Of a stretch of 64,000 bases of DNA, positions 1-14,043 are shown piece by piece (the stretch's first letter is position 1; every line of letters starts with the position of its first letter). The notes below the pieces were generated by a model. The model was not told the origin of the DNA. It made no database searches and was given only the letters and a program-made list of their open reading frames with translations. Origin of the DNA: Octopus sinensis (taxonomy: Eukaryota); assembly GCF_006345805.1 (NCBI RefSeq), contig NC_043001.1, forward strand, positions 99,510,001 through 99,574,000, written 5' to 3'. Made by a program: the position numbers and the translations under genes.

Positions 1-92
1 ACTAAGTAAATATCTATCAGTGCTCATAAAAAAATAGAAATGATCAGAGGAAAAAATTACTTAGACAACATTTTCATGACAAGATGCTATGT

Positions 93-267
93 AAAAAGCA
101 TTCAGTGGGATGGTTGGTGTTAGGAGGGACACCCAGCCATAAAAACTGTGCCAAAACAGACACAGAGGTCTGGTGCAGTCTTTTGCCTGACCAGCTCCTG
201 TCAAACCATCCATTCCATGCAAGTGTGAAAGGCAGATGTTACACAATGATGATGATGATGATGATGA
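93..267 (+). mobile_element. 3' tail of RTE-clade LINE ending in (GAT)n
   Basis: Matches the reverse complement of the tail of the RTE copy at 57676-57840 (ggttggtgttagga.gg.ca.ccagc...ccatgcaag..gatgatgatg). Confidence 0.75.
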
Positions 268-939
268 ACAATAAGCATCAAAAGCCTTCATGCAAATTTC
301 AGTTAATGAAAGAACACATATCTGAATTGAAAGGGGTGGGGGGCAAAAATTCACTCAAAAGTTAGGTGTCATATCTTATCACCAACACTGAATTATGTAG
401 CTGGTAGAGACACTTAGGTTTGACAAGACTATAGAACAGAATGTAACACAAGATGGTATTTATTGTTTAAAGCATTGGTAGTAATGTCAAATAATTTGTC
501 CATGTACAGTATTGAGTTTAGTTTTTTCCATTGAAAAGTTACACTTGGTAGCCTGATATACTGTCCATAGAGTGATCTCCACATCTACTTTACAACATAA
601 AGTGAGGCATAATCACCAACATGGCACAGTGGTTGACAGGACTCTAAAAGACTTGGACAGTTATGTCAGCAAATACTGCTTCCTTGTTCGTCTATAGATT
701 TCCTTAATGTATGAGAGATGTGTAATTGAAAATAAATCTGTTAATTCAGAATTAAAAGTTAAGAGTTTAATTACAACATAAGTAAACTGAATACATTTCA
801 TAGAATGTAAAAATTATAATAATAGTAATAATTTTCTTATGGCCAGAGGGGCTGCAAAAAAGGACATTTGGGATGTAGATAGAAATGTGTAAACAACAGT
901 AATTTGCAAAAAGTCTCTTAAACAAAATAGATGCAAACA

Positions 940-1103
940 CAGACATGGCTCTGTGGTAAGAAGTACGCTTCCTAATCACATGGTTTCGGGTTCAGTTCCA
1001 ATGCACAGCAACTTCAGCAAGTGTCTTTAACTACAGTTCCAGGCTGACCAAAGCCTTGTGAGTGGATTTCGTCAACAGAAACTGAAAGAAGCCCATCACA
1101 CTC

Positions 1104-1138
<35 letters not shown>

Positions 1139-1246
1139 TGGCCTGCCCGCTTAGCCAGTGGGGTGGCGTCATTTGAAGGCTAAAACAATGCGAAACGCAT
1201 TGTGACCAGCGATGTGTAGCAACATTTGATAGCCTGGTCGGTCACG

Positions 1247-1312
<66 letters not shown>

Positions 1313-1540
1313 ATATACACATGCACATGTATGTATTTGTGTGTATGTTGTCCACCACCATCGCTTGACAAGTGTTAGCTTCTTTATGTCCTTATAACTT
1401 AGCAGTTTGGCAAAAGAGACTGATTGAAGAAATACCAGGTTTAGAAAATATAAGTACTGGGGTCGATTTGTTTGATTAAACTCAAGGTAGTGCCCTAGCA
1501 TCTCTGCACTCCAATGACTGAAACAAGTAAAAGATAAAAT
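940..1540 (+). mobile_element. tRNA-derived SINE (family A) with internal TA/TG tract; the 3' part of a family-B SINE is nested at about 1137-1250
   Basis: tRNA-like head (tggctctgtggtaag...ggttcagttcc), core cttcagcaagtgtct, tail aatgactgaaacaagtaaaaga. Homologous to 45775-46130; the nested piece matches 35425-35519. Confidence 0.75.
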
Positions 1541-1861
1541 CCTCAATTGGTGGTATGGAGAAGGCCACCTAGAAGCAACCAAGGAACTCCAAAGGTCCCA
1601 AGCCACCCACCCTATTCACTGGGATACTATGGCAAGTATTCCTGTCTAGTGTGTGCTCCTCAGCCTACAGGTATCAGCTCACTCACTTGAACCATCTTCA
1701 ATGACATTCACCTGTTCTTTCAACAAATTTACTTGGAGAATAACACTTCCTTCTCAACCATCACCTTCCTTTTTAAATGGAAGTTTAAAAAATTGATGGG
1801 GCTTTGTCTGAAGAGGAAAGTGTCCATGTTGAGTCCTTTTAGTTTTGAACACCATACAATC

Positions 1862-2280
1862 ATAATAATGGTTTCAAATTTTGGCACAAGACCAGCAATT
1901 TTAGGGGATAGGGTAAGTTGATTACATCACTCCCCAGTGTTCCACAGCTACATTTTTTTATTGACCCCAAAGAGATGAAAGCAAAGTCAACTTTACCAGA
2001 AATTGAACTCAATGCAAAGCTGGAAGAAATGCTGCTAAGCATTTTATCTGGCATGCTAACAATTTTACCATTTTGCCACTTTAATAGTACTTGTTTCAAA
2101 TATAGGCACAAAGCCAGGCATTTTGAAGGATGGGGTTAGTTGAGTGAATTAACCTCAGTACTTGACTGGAATGATGAAAGGTGCAGTTAACTTTGGTTTG
2201 AGATTTAAACTGAGAACACAAGTCAGAAGAAATTCCATGATGCATTTTCCCAACACCTATGATTCTGCCAGCTTGCTAAA
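1862..2280 (-). mobile_element. Two tandem copies of SINE family D
   Basis: Reverse complement of the ctggcagaa...gagttcaa...tttcatc.tt.ggggt..at...gctggccttgtgcc repeat seen at 37422-40260. Confidence 0.7.
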
Positions 2281-2694
2281 AAAAAAACCTATGTATAATT
2301 AGTCTGTTTTTTTTTTTTTTTATATATCTACTATATATCTAGATTCTTATTAAAACTTTGGCCTTGTGATATTGTAGTTACTTCACTGCATTATCAAGGA
2401 CTGATATTATCAGATTCTTTTAATATATTTTATATATATGTGTATATGCCTATGTGTGTGTGTGTGTATATGTACACACACACACACACGTGTGACAGCA
2501 TTTGCAAAATTTCCATTTGCACAATTCATTCACAAGGGGTTGCAACAGTGCTAAAGTACACAATTACCCAAAGTGTCATGCAATAGAATTGAGTCCAAAA
2601 CCACATGACTGCCAAGCAAGTTTCTTAACCACACTGCAATACCTCTGCTTGAGTGTGTATGTGTATACATGTGAATATATGTGTATATGTACTG

Positions 2695-2996
2695 CATGAG
2701 GGGGCATGACCTAGTGCTTGGGGTGTTTAACACACAATCGTGAGATAGTGGTTTCAGTTCCTAGACTGGGTGGCGCATTATGTTCTTGAGCAAAACAATT
2801 CATCTCACATTACCCTGTGATCACTTCGAAACCTGATGCATGGCACACAGTTCACCTGTTCAGACAATCTCAATTTGACTGAGACAGCGAGCTAATGAGC
2901 AGCACGAACCTTTGATCACTATAAATGAATCATTTGAGCAGATCGTTCAGCAAAAGCTGAACGCTCATACATTGTCTTTGATGAGAGAGTCCATCA
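2695..2996 (+). mobile_element. tRNA-derived SINE (family C), degenerate
   Basis: A-box-like tgacctagtgc, B-box-like ggtttcagttcc, then a tgttcttgagcaaaac core. Confidence 0.55.
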
Positions 2997-3000
2997 TATA

Positions 3001-3100
3001 CTGCTGGGCACCTTGGGCAAGTGTCTTCTTCTATTGCCTTGGGCAGTCTAAAGCCTTATGATTGGATTTGGTAGAAGAAAACTGAGAGAAGCATGCCATA
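3001..3100 (+). mobile_element. SINE family A head fragment running into a simple-repeat array
   Basis: gcaccttgggcaagtgtcttc...ggatttggtaga.gaaactga.agaagc matches 1010-1100. Confidence 0.7.
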
Positions 3101-3192
3101 TATATAAATCTATTTAAATATATATGTGTATGCAGATATAGTACACACACATATATATGTATATATCTATATCTGTGTGTGTGCAAATATAG

Positions 3193-3232
<40 letters not shown>

Positions 3233-5320
3233 ATATATGTGTGTACGTACACATATATAATATATAATGTGTGTACGTACACATATATATATATATATGT
3301 GTGTACGTACACATATATATATATATATATATGTGTACACACATATATATATATGTGTGTGTGTGTATATATGTGTGTGTATATATGTGTGTGTATATAT
3401 ATATGTGTGTATATATATATGTGTATATATATATGTGTATATATATATGTGTGTATGTATATATATATATGTGTGTATGTATATATATATGTGTGTATGT
3501 ATATATATATGTGTGTATATATATGTGTGTATGTGTATATATGTGTGTGTATATGTGTGTGTATATATGTGTGTGTATATATATGTGGGTGTATATATAT
3601 GTGTGTATATATATGTGTGTATATAGTGTGTATATATATATTGTGTATATATATGTGTATATATTATATATGTGTGTATGTATATATATATATGTGTGTA
3701 TGTATATATGTATATGTGTGTATGTATATATATATGTGTGTATATATATGTGTGTATGTGTGTATATGTGTGTGTATATGTGTGTGTATATATGTGTGTG
3801 TATATATATGTGGGTGTATATATATGTGTGTATATATATGTGTGTATATATGTGTGTATATATATATATATGTGTATATATATGTGTGTATATATATATA
3901 TATGTGTATATATATATATATATGTGTATATATATATGGTGTATATATATATATGTGTATATATATATATGTGTATATATATATGTGTATATATGTGTAT
4001 ATATATATATGTGTATATATATATATGTGTATATATATATATGTGTATATATATATGTGTGTGTATATATATATATATGTGTGTGTATATATATATATAT
4101 GTGTATATATATATGTGTGTGTATATATGTGTGTGTATATATATGTGTATATATATGTGTATATATATATATATGTGTATATATATGTGTATATATATAT
4201 ATAATGTGTATATATGTGTGTGTATATAATATATATATATATATGTGTATATATATGTGTGTATATATATATGTGTATATATATGTGTATATATATGTGG
4301 TGTATATATATTATATGTGTACACACATATATATATATGTGTGTGTGTGTGTATATATGTGGTGTATATATGTTGTGTATATAATATGTGTGTATATAAT
4401 ATGTGTTATATATATATGTGTATATATATATGTGTGTATGTATATATATATATGTGTGTATGTATATATATATGTGTGTATGTATATATATATGTGTATA
4501 TATATATGTGTGTATGTATATATATGTGTGTGTATATATATGTGTGTATGTGTGTATATGTGTGTGTATATGTGTGTGTATATATGTGTGTGATATATAT
4601 GTGGGTGTATATATATGTGTGTATATATATGTGTGTTATATATGTGTGTATATATATATATATGTGTATATATATGTGTTGTATATATAATATATGTGTA
4701 TATATGTGTATATATATTATGTGTATATATATATATGTGTATATATATATATGTGTATATATATATGTGGTGTATATATATATATATGTGTGTGTATATA
4801 TGTGTATATATATTGTGTATATATATATGTGTGTGTATATATGTGTGTGTATATAATGTGTATATATATGTGTATATATATATATGTGTATATATATGTG
4901 TATATTATGTGTATATATATATATGTGATATATATGTGTTATATATATATATGTGTATATATGTGTGTATATAATATATATATATATGTGTATATATATG
5001 TGTGTATATATATAGGTGTATATATATGTATATATGTGTGGTATATATATATATGTGTATATATATGTGTATATAATATGTGTATATATATATGTGTATA
5101 TATATATGTGTGTGTATATATATGTGTATATATATGTGTATATATATATATGTATATATATATATATGGTGTATATATATAATATGTATATATGTGTATA
5201 TATAATATGTATATATATTGTATATATGGTATATATATGTGTATATATATTGTATATATATGTGTATATATATGTGTATATATATGTGTATATATATATG
5301 TGTATATATATATGTATATA
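3100..5320. repeat. Cryptic (TA)/(TG) alternating purine-pyrimidine array, about 2.2 kb
   Basis: Almost entirely tgtgtatata-type units; a gtgggtgtata marker recurs near 3586, 3811 and 4602. Confidence 0.95.
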
Positions 5321-5336
5321 TATTCAAATATAGTAT

Positions 5337-7464
5337 TATTTTTCTGTAGTTTCAGCTCAGAGCTGTGGCCATGCTGATGCACTGCCGTTTTACTACACTC
5401 TCATTACTGAGCGCCTCCTCCAATATGTGGCAGTTGGTGAAGAATGGAGTTTGATATAGCTACCCTCATTTACACCTCTTGCCGTGATGTAGGTTCATCT
5501 GGGACTCTTGACAGGAAGAGGTCCAGCTTTAATTTAAAAACGCCTACAACTCCTTTTTGCAGGTTCCTCAGGCTCTTTGGGAGAATATTAATAAGCTGTG
5601 GGATCTTGAAACCCAGGCTGTTGCAGTAACTGGTTCTGAAGCGTGATGGCATTGCTGGGATCTTTGGCACTATGCAGTGTCGTTCTATTCTGGCATTGAT
5701 GTAGCTTTCAATGCCATTATTTTGCACAATTCCTTCTAGGATCTTCTAGACATATATTACTGCATACCTCTCCCGCTTTTTCTGCAGGGAGTAGAGTCTT
5801 AGCTGTTTCAGCCTTTCCCAGTAGCTGAGCAGTTGTAAAGGGAAAATTTTCTTTGTGAATCTTCTCTGGATTACTTCAAGGTCCGCTGTTAATTTCACAC
5901 TGTTGGGTGAGCAGTAATTCAGGCAGTTGAGGATGAATGTCCTCCAGAGGACCATCATACTTTCTTTATCTCTGGTTCTGAATGTTCTCAGGATCCATCC
6001 AGCCAGTCGTCTGCACTTTGTCGCCATCCTGGTAATGTGCACTTGGAAAGAGGTATCATCACTCATGTCGATACCCAGGTCCCTCACTGATTTGGGCTCT
6101 GGGATTGAAATTCCCTGTGGACCAGTGCACCCTGTAAGTTTCATATTCAGTTTTGGGACGTTGGTAGCACAGGACTAGGAATTTTTCAGCATTAAACTGC
6201 ATATTGTTATCCTCAGCCCATCTGTAAATTGAGTCCAACTCCTGCTGCAGATGTGCAACATCGCTGGGGTACTGTATTTTCTGCGAGACTTTCATATTGT
6301 CTGCGTAGCTTGCAAGAGTGGCTATCTGGGTTCTTGAGGGCATATCTGAGAGGGCCACTATAAAAAGCAGTGGTTCCAAGATAGTGCCTTGTGGAACACC
6401 GCTCACTATTTGTGTTTTCATAGAGGTGGCTCCATTAGCCACTACTACCTGACTTCTATCTTTCAGAAAGTCATGTAACCATTCTCCAAATTTTCCAGCT
6501 GTGCCAAGATCATGCAGTTTGTGGCATATCATACCATGATCCACCTTGTCAAAAGCTTTTTCAGAATCAAGGTAGATTACGTCCACATTTGATTTGTCGA
6601 GTAACTGCCTCAACACCCAGTCATAATGTTGTAAGAGCTGGGTCAGGCAGCTCCTACCTGGTCGAAAACCATGCTGGGTATCACTCAGCAAGTTATTTTC
6701 TTCAAGGACTGCGATTAGTTTCTCTCTGACTATCCGTTCTATGACTTTGCTGATGGGTGAAGTCAGGCAGATAGGCCTATAGTTTTTGGCATCTGCCCTG
6801 CTTCCTCCTTTATGGATTGGGTGTATTATTCCCTCCTTCAGCTTGCTTGGCACTCTGCCATTTGCAGGAAAGCTCTGGAAGAGAACCTGGAGAGGTTTTG
6901 CCAGGGTATGCTTACACAATTTGAGGAGGATTGCTGGGAAACCATCAGGACCAGCAGTTGAATTCATGTCCACGTCATCTGGTTTTAGGTGAGGTGGCAA
7001 AGAATTCCACTGGTTCGTTCACTTGTCAGTGTTCCAACAGGGTGGTAAAGACACTTTTGAACTGGTCATTCAGTACCTCACTGATCTTAGTTGGACTGTC
7101 TGTGAGGGAGCCATCCTTTTGGAAGAGGGTCCTGTCTTGCAGCATACTTCACTTAATGAAAGAAGGCATTTGAGTTTGACTTAATTTTTTTTTATAAGCC
7201 AAGCTTCTTTGCCCTCCTTCACATAGGATTGTTTCAGCCGTTTTTCAATCTCCATCAGTGTTGTTTTTAGGCGGGACCTTTCGCTACTTTTGGAATGATG
7301 GTTCAGTCGATTTGCAACCTTCGTCTGTCGTCTCATGAAGATCTTCCTCTCCTTTGGAATCTTGTTCCTATTTGTTTTGGCCTTGTGTGCTGGGACATAT
7401 TTCTGGCATATGGCCTGCACAACAGGCATGAAACATTCTCGTTTCATGTCAATATACGTGTGTG
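5337..7464 (-). mobile_element. 5'-truncated CR1-like LINE (RT domain and C-terminus, frameshifted) with 16-bp target-site duplication
   Basis: ORFs 6059-7000, 5746-6144 and 5470-5727 contain QHGFRPGRSCLTQLL, SGVPQGTILEPLLF, YADN, LSYWERLKQLRLYSL and KLDLFLSRVPDEP. TATTCAAATATAGTAT flanks it at 5321-5336 and 7465-7480. Confidence 0.92.
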
Positions 7465-7554
7465 TATTCAAATATAGTATATGTGTGTGTGTGTGTATAT
7501 ATGTGGAAACAAGTCAAGGTAGAAAATGCTAAAATAATTTAATACAAATCATTT

Positions 7555-7590
7555 CAGTGCCGGTTTCAGTCATTGAGACTTCTTCAACTG
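7555..7590 (-). ncRNA. Degenerate minimal hammerhead motif in a probable Penelope-like terminal repeat
   Basis: cag-TTGAAGA-agtc(tcaat)gact-GAAA-ccgg-CA-ctg. Stems I and II pair; core positions 3 and 16.1 deviate. Confidence 0.5.
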
Positions 7591-7941
7591 TAACCATGGA
7601 AAACAAATTTTGGGAAAATTAAATGAACAGTTTTTTGAAAGAATATTTGCATAGTATTCAAATCCAAGGGACATTTTTCCTTGTTTCTCCCTGTCTCTCT
7701 TGTTTACACTTTTGGGTTCGGCCGCGAACCCACAAGAGTAAATGTGTGTATAATATATATATGTGTATGTATATATAAGTGTATGTATATATGTATATGT
7801 ATATACTTGTGTATATGTGTATGGATATATGTATATATATATATATATACGTGTGTGTGTGTATATATATGTGTATGTATGTATATATATATGTGTATGT
7901 ATGTATATATACATGTGTATGTATGTATATATATATGTGAA

Positions 7942-7976
<35 letters not shown>

Positions 7977-8011
7977 ATATATGTATGGTTTTCTCACGCA
8001 CATCATACTTC

Positions 8012-8185
8012 CAGAGACCGAGACCTATGGAAGTATGCTGTGCGTGAGAAGACCCGGCAGGACTAGTGAGACCATAACCCGTGGCCTCTACCTGGGATGT
8101 AGCCAGTTGACTTATGCATACCTTTCCTTCTTGGGACACAAAATTCCACTTGTGAAGGCCCGTTGAGGCAAGTGAAAATCAGAAC
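8012..8185 (+). mobile_element. Internal fragment of RTE LINE (ORF2 end plus start of 3' UTR)
   Basis: Encodes [17 protein letters not shown]; matches the reverse complement of about 58070-58260. Confidence 0.85.
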
Positions 8186-8619
8186 CAAAATCGAAAACCA
8201 AGAACTACCATATAGCCACAAAGCGATAATAACCATGCTTCGAGTCTATATGCTATAACTTATCAAAATCCACCACACTCGCTCGGTTTTCTCAGCAGCA
8301 AATATAAACTGCCGATTTAATTTCAAAATTAGCCAAAAAATCATTAATTAATAAATTTTAGGGTAGCAAAAAATTCTAGAAAAATTCTTCGCTACCAGCG
8401 GTCAAGTGAGAAAGAAAAAATAGTCAATAGACTATATAATATACATTCAAACTATTAGTGGTTTGGAGTTTAACTGCTCTTTCTAGTGAGTCGAATGTCC
8501 TATTATTTATTTATAAATATATATATATATATATGTAGGCGGTGCACCAGCATGGCCACAGTCAAATGACTGAAACAAATAAAAGAATAAAAGAAAAAGA
8601 ATATATGTATGTATCTATA

Positions 8620-9852
8620 CAGTGGGTGGACAAAATAATGGAAACACCTTAAAATTTTAGGCAAATTTATTTTAACATGGAGTAGGACTTTCTTTGACAG
8701 TAATTGAAGCCGAAATCCTATGACTCTAACAAAGTTTGAATTGTTTCCAAATGAATTTTTGCCTATTTGTCAGCTAGAACAGTCTCCAGTTCTTGTAGTG
8801 ATGATATCGACTCCCTACTTGTTTTTCTAAAATACACTATAAATGTTCAATGACATTGAGATCTGGGGACTATTGTGTCCAGGTAAGATGTTTAACTTCA
8901 TTAGAATGTTCCTCATACCCTTCAGTAACAACTTTAGCTTTGTGAATTGGTGCGTCATCATGAAAGATTGCGTTTCTCTACGGATGAATTTGATCAAATA
9001 GAATGCTTAAGCAGTCTTGACTATTAATTCTGCCATGAAGGGAAATCATTGGGCGTGCAGATTTCCAGAATATAGCCACCCAGATCATCACAGATCTTCC
9101 TCCATGTTTAACTGTTGGAAGAAGGCTGTCTGGGTCACATGCTTCTTTTGGGTGTCTCTCCACACGTATACTCGGCCAGTAGTCAGAAAAAAGGTAAAGG
9201 ATGACTCGTCCAAGAAAATAACATTCTTCCACTGCTCTAGGGACCAATTTTTACTCTAACTGTAAACACTTTGCAACGTTCTTGAATGTAGTGGTAGTTT
9301 TCTGAGTGCAGCCCTGCCATGAAATCTGGCTTTGTGCACCTCCCATCGAACTGTTCAAGTGGAAACTGGGTTCTCAGTGTATTCATTAAGCTCTGCAGTA
9401 ATTTGTGGAGCTGTTGTTTTGTGATCCTTTCTAACAATTCGTGTAAGAGTCTGACGGTCGGTATCTGAAAGTTTTGGGTTTCTGCTGGAGTTTTGATTTG
9501 ATGAGGAGGTTTTTCCCTCTTTCTCAAAGGCTGGCATTACTTTTGAAACAGTACGCCTTGATGCACCAAACATTTCAGCTGTTTTCTTTATGCATACAAG
9601 CACCAACAATTTGACCTCTTTGAAAGTCTGACAGATGTCATTTTAATTACCTTTTTCTGATACCTGAAAAGCAATTTAGGCAAAATATTTAAGCAATTTA
9701 AGCAAATCATTTTAAACAATACTTATAACAAATAAAAATAACATAAAAATAAACAACCTTTTGACTATAATTTTTGGCATATAAGTTTTATAGATATTTC
9801 AAAGTTATGATGCTATGATGCTAGGTGTTTCCATTATTTTGTCCAACTCCTG
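8620..9852 (-). mobile_element. Tc1-like DNA transposon, full length, decayed transposase
   Basis: 30-bp TIRs (cagtgggtggacaaaataatggaaacacct vs caggagttggacaaaataatggaaacacct, 27/30) flanked by TA. Fragments read DFQRGQIVGA, PTVKHGGRSVMIW, SPDLNVIEHL. Confidence 0.93.
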
Positions 9853-9854
9853 TA

Positions 9855-9902
9855 CATGTATGTATATAGTTAGACATATGTATACGTATATATGTATGTG
9901 TG

Positions 9903-9943
<41 letters not shown>

Positions 9944-10505
9944 ATATATATATATATGTATGTGTGTGTATATATATATATATGTATGTGTGTGTATATA
10001 TATATATGTATGTGTGTGTATATATATATATGTATGTGTGTATATAATATATATGTATGTGTGTGTATTATATATATATGTATGTGTGTGTATATATATA
10101 TATGTATGTGTGTGTATATATATATATATGTATGTGTGTGTATNNNNNNNNNNNNNNNNNNNNNNNNNNNNNNNNNNNNNNNNNNNNNNNNNNNNNNNNN
10201 NNNNNNNNNNNNNNNNNNNNNNNNNNNNNNNNNNNNNNNNNNNACATATATGTATGTATATATATATATGTATGTATGTATATATATATATGTATGTATG
10301 TATATATGTACATATATGTATGTATATATATATATGTATGTATATATATATATGTATGTATGTATATATATATATGTATGTATGTATATATATATATATG
10401 TATGTATATATATATATATGTATGTATGTATATATATATATGTATGTATGTATATATATATATATATGTATGTATATATGTACATATATGTATGTATATA
10501 TGTAC
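9855..10505. repeat. TA/TATG simple-repeat array spanning an assembly gap
   Basis: atgtatgtgtgtatatatat units on both sides of the N run. Confidence 0.9.
10144..10243. other. Assembly gap (100 N)
   Basis: Run of N. A round placeholder size suggests the true length is unknown. Confidence 0.99.
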
Positions 10506-10544
10506 ATAAGTTAGAATAACTTAGAAAGGTTTTTGGCCAGTATT

Positions 10545-11183
10545 GGCCCAGGCCATGTCTAACTTAATAGCACCACCTGGCGAAGTCTTTCAGTTCAGGA
10601 TTTGGGCACCAAGGCCCATTCGAGCAGAGAGTTATTGTTTGCGGAGACATATCCGGGTGTGGGTGGTTTGTCCGGTACTGTTTGAAGGAATTTGTCCAAA
10701 GACTTCTTGAATTTTGTGTGGTCAGTTTCTTTTTGACGTGTCCTGGTGTAATGTTGAAGAGAGCAGGTCCAAATGAGGTGAAATAGTTGTGCCGTATTGT
10801 CGTTATGTGATGCATTTAGATTTTTGTTGTGGACGGATGGCACGTGGTCCAAGCCTTGGATGCATTTGAAGGTGATGCCAACATCATTCGGACAGTGCCG
10901 ATGGAATATTTTCCACATCATACAGATAATGTAGCGTTCACGGCGTCGTTGAGGAATACAATTTCAGCTTCTAGTCTACCCCAGTAGTCAAGGTCTGACA
11001 TGCCATCTATTTTTTGTGATTGACCTTTGGGGAGCTTCATTTCTCTTAACATTTTGTTTTGTGTAGGGAGACCACAGTGGACAGCAGTATTCAAGGTGGG
11101 GTCGGGCAAAAGTGGAGAAGAGAAGGATAATAGCGTGGGAATCTCTCGACTGGAAGGTTCTGAGAATCCAGGAACACATTCTT
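10545..11183 (-). mobile_element. 3' fragment of a second CR1-like LINE subfamily
   Basis: [12 protein letters not shown]...[14 protein letters not shown]...LDYWGRL and FKKSLDKFLQTVPDKP. Confidence 0.85.
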
Positions 11184-11184
11184 A

Positions 11185-11912
11185 TATGTATGTATATATA
11201 TATATATGTATGTATGTATATATGTACATATATGTATGTACATACATATATGTATGTATATATGTACATATATGTATGTATATATATATATATGTATGTA
11301 TGTATATATGTACATATATGTATGTATATATATATATGTATGTATGTATATATGTACATATATGTATGTATATATATATATGTATGTATATATGTACATA
11401 TATGTATGTATATATATATATATATGTATGTATGTATATATGTACATATATGTATGTATATATATATATGTATGTATGTATATATGTACATATATGTATG
11501 TATATATATATATGTATGTATGTATATATGTACATATATGTATGTATATATATATATATGTATGTATGTATATATGTACATATATGTATGTATATATATA
11601 TATGTATGTATGTATATATATATATGTATGTATGTATATATGTACATATATGTATGTATATATATATATGTATGTATGTATATATGACATATATGTATGT
11701 AGTATAATATATATGTATGTATGTATATATGTACATATATGTATGTATATATATATATATGTATGTATGTATATATGTACATATATGTATGTATATATAT
11801 ATGTATGTATATATATATATGTATGTATATATGTACATATATGTATGTATATATATATATATGTATGTATGTATATATGTACATATATGTATGTATATAT
11901 ATGTATGTATGT

Positions 11913-11946
<34 letters not shown>

Positions 11947-13701
11947 GTATATATATATATGTATGTATGTATATATGTACATATATGTATGTATATATAT
12001 ATGTGTATATGTATGTATGTGTATATGTATGTATGTGTATATGTATGTATGTGTATATGTATGTATGTGTATATGTATGTATGTGTATATGTATGTATGT
12101 GTATATGTATGTATGTGTATATGTATGTGTATATGTATGTGTATATGTATGTATATATGTATGTCTGTATATATGTATGTATGTATATATCTATATGTGT
12201 GTGTGTATATATGTATGTGTATATATGTATGTATATATATATATAGGTGTATATATGTATGTATATATATATCTGTGTATATATGTATGTATATATATAT
12301 ATGTGTATATATATATGTATATATATATGTGTGTATATATGTGTATATATATATGTATATATATATGTGTGTATATATGTATGTATATATATATATATAT
12401 ATGTGTATATATGTATGTATATATATATATATGTGTATATATGTATGTATATATATATATATGTGTATATATGTATGTATATATATATATATGTGTATAT
12501 ATGTATGTATATATATATGTGTGTATATATGTATGTATATATATATGTGTGTATATATGTATGTATATATATATGTGTGTATATATGTATGTATATATAT
12601 ATGTATATGTATGTATATATATATATGTGTATATATGTATGTATATATATATATGTGTATATATGTATGTATATATATATATATATGTGTATGTATGTAT
12701 ATATATATATGTGTATATATGTATGTATATATATATGTGTATATATGTATGTATATATATGTGTATATGTATGTATATATATATATATATGTGTATATGT
12801 ATGTATATATATATATATATGTGTGTATATGTATGTATATATATATATATGTGTATATATGTATGTATATATATATGTGTATATATGTATGTATGTATAT
12901 ATATATGTGTATATATGTATGTATATATATATATATGTGTATATATGTATGTATATATATATATATATGTGTATATATGTATGTATATATATATGTGTAT
13001 ATATGTATGTATATATATGTGTATATATGTATGTATATATATGTGTATATATGTATGTATATATATATGTGTATATATGTATGTGTGTATATATATGTGT
13101 ATATATATATGTGTGTATATATGTATGTATATATATATATGTGTATATATGTATGTATATATATATATGTGTATATATGTATGTATATATATATATGTGT
13201 ATATATGTATGTATATATATATATGTGTATATATGTATGTATATATATATATGTGTATATATGTATGTATATATATATATGTGTATATATGTATGTATAT
13301 ATATATGTGTATATATGTATGTATATATATATGTGTATATATGTATGTATATATATATGTGTATATATGTATGTATATATATATGTGTATATATGTATGT
13401 ATATATATATGTGTATATATGTATGTATATATATGTGTATATATGTATGTATATATGTATGTGTATATATGTATGTGTATATGTATGTGTATATATGTAT
13501 GTGTATATATATGTGTATATATGTATGTGTATATATATGTGTATATATGTATGTGTATATATGTATGTGTATATATGTATGTATATATATATGTGTATAT
13601 ATATGTGTATATATGTATGTGTATATATATGTGTATATATGTATGTGTATATATATGTGTATATATGTATGTGTATATATGTATGTGTATATATATATGT
13701 G

Positions 13702-13736
<35 letters not shown>

Positions 13737-13745
13737 ATATACATA
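11185..13745. repeat. Cryptic TA/TATG array, about 2.6 kb, in sub-domains
   Basis: atgtatgtatatatgtacatat units, then a run of atgtatgtatgtgtat 16-mers (about 12005-12125), then gtgtatatatgtatgtatatat units. Confidence 0.95.
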
Positions 13746-13749
13746 TGTA

Positions 13750-14043
13750 TATTCCTTTCGATACCCAGAAAATAAGATGAAGACCAGCCTAGTGAAATAT
13801 GTCTGAGAATTAAAAGAAAAAGAAGCCCGACCTTTCAACGTGTCATGGAGCATTCTAGGTAGAGTGGCACCATACAAGCACGGTACGCATAGGAGGAATT
13901 TCAAGTGCGATCTTTGTTTGCTAGAGAAATATTCTATTTTATTCCAAGACATTAATTCTTTGAATCAAAGAAGCGAACTCTTGAACTCATGCAGACATGC
14001 AACCAAATTCAAAATGTCAAATATCAATATCCCATATGGATAG
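13750..14043 (+). mobile_element. Penelope-like element, C-terminal GIY-YIG endonuclease remnant
   Basis: [22 protein letters not shown]...[12 protein letters not shown]...[12 protein letters not shown]...[17 protein letters not shown], the typical PLE C-terminal signature. Confidence 0.8.

Noticed and set aside
7713-7732. GC-rich 8-bp hairpin as a Helitron 3' end
   Set aside because: No downstream CTRR on either strand and no Helitron coding remnant. More likely part of the adjacent PLE-like repeat.
3179-13952. Very long ORFs (up to 953 aa) of Y/I/H/T/M/C/V; the same type occurs at 28374-32264, 33641-34636, 46910-47753 and 52959-53890
   Set aside because: They lie in simple-repeat arrays. 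Purine-pyrimidine alternation cannot form TAA, TAG or TGA, so most frames on both strands stay open. No coding evidence.
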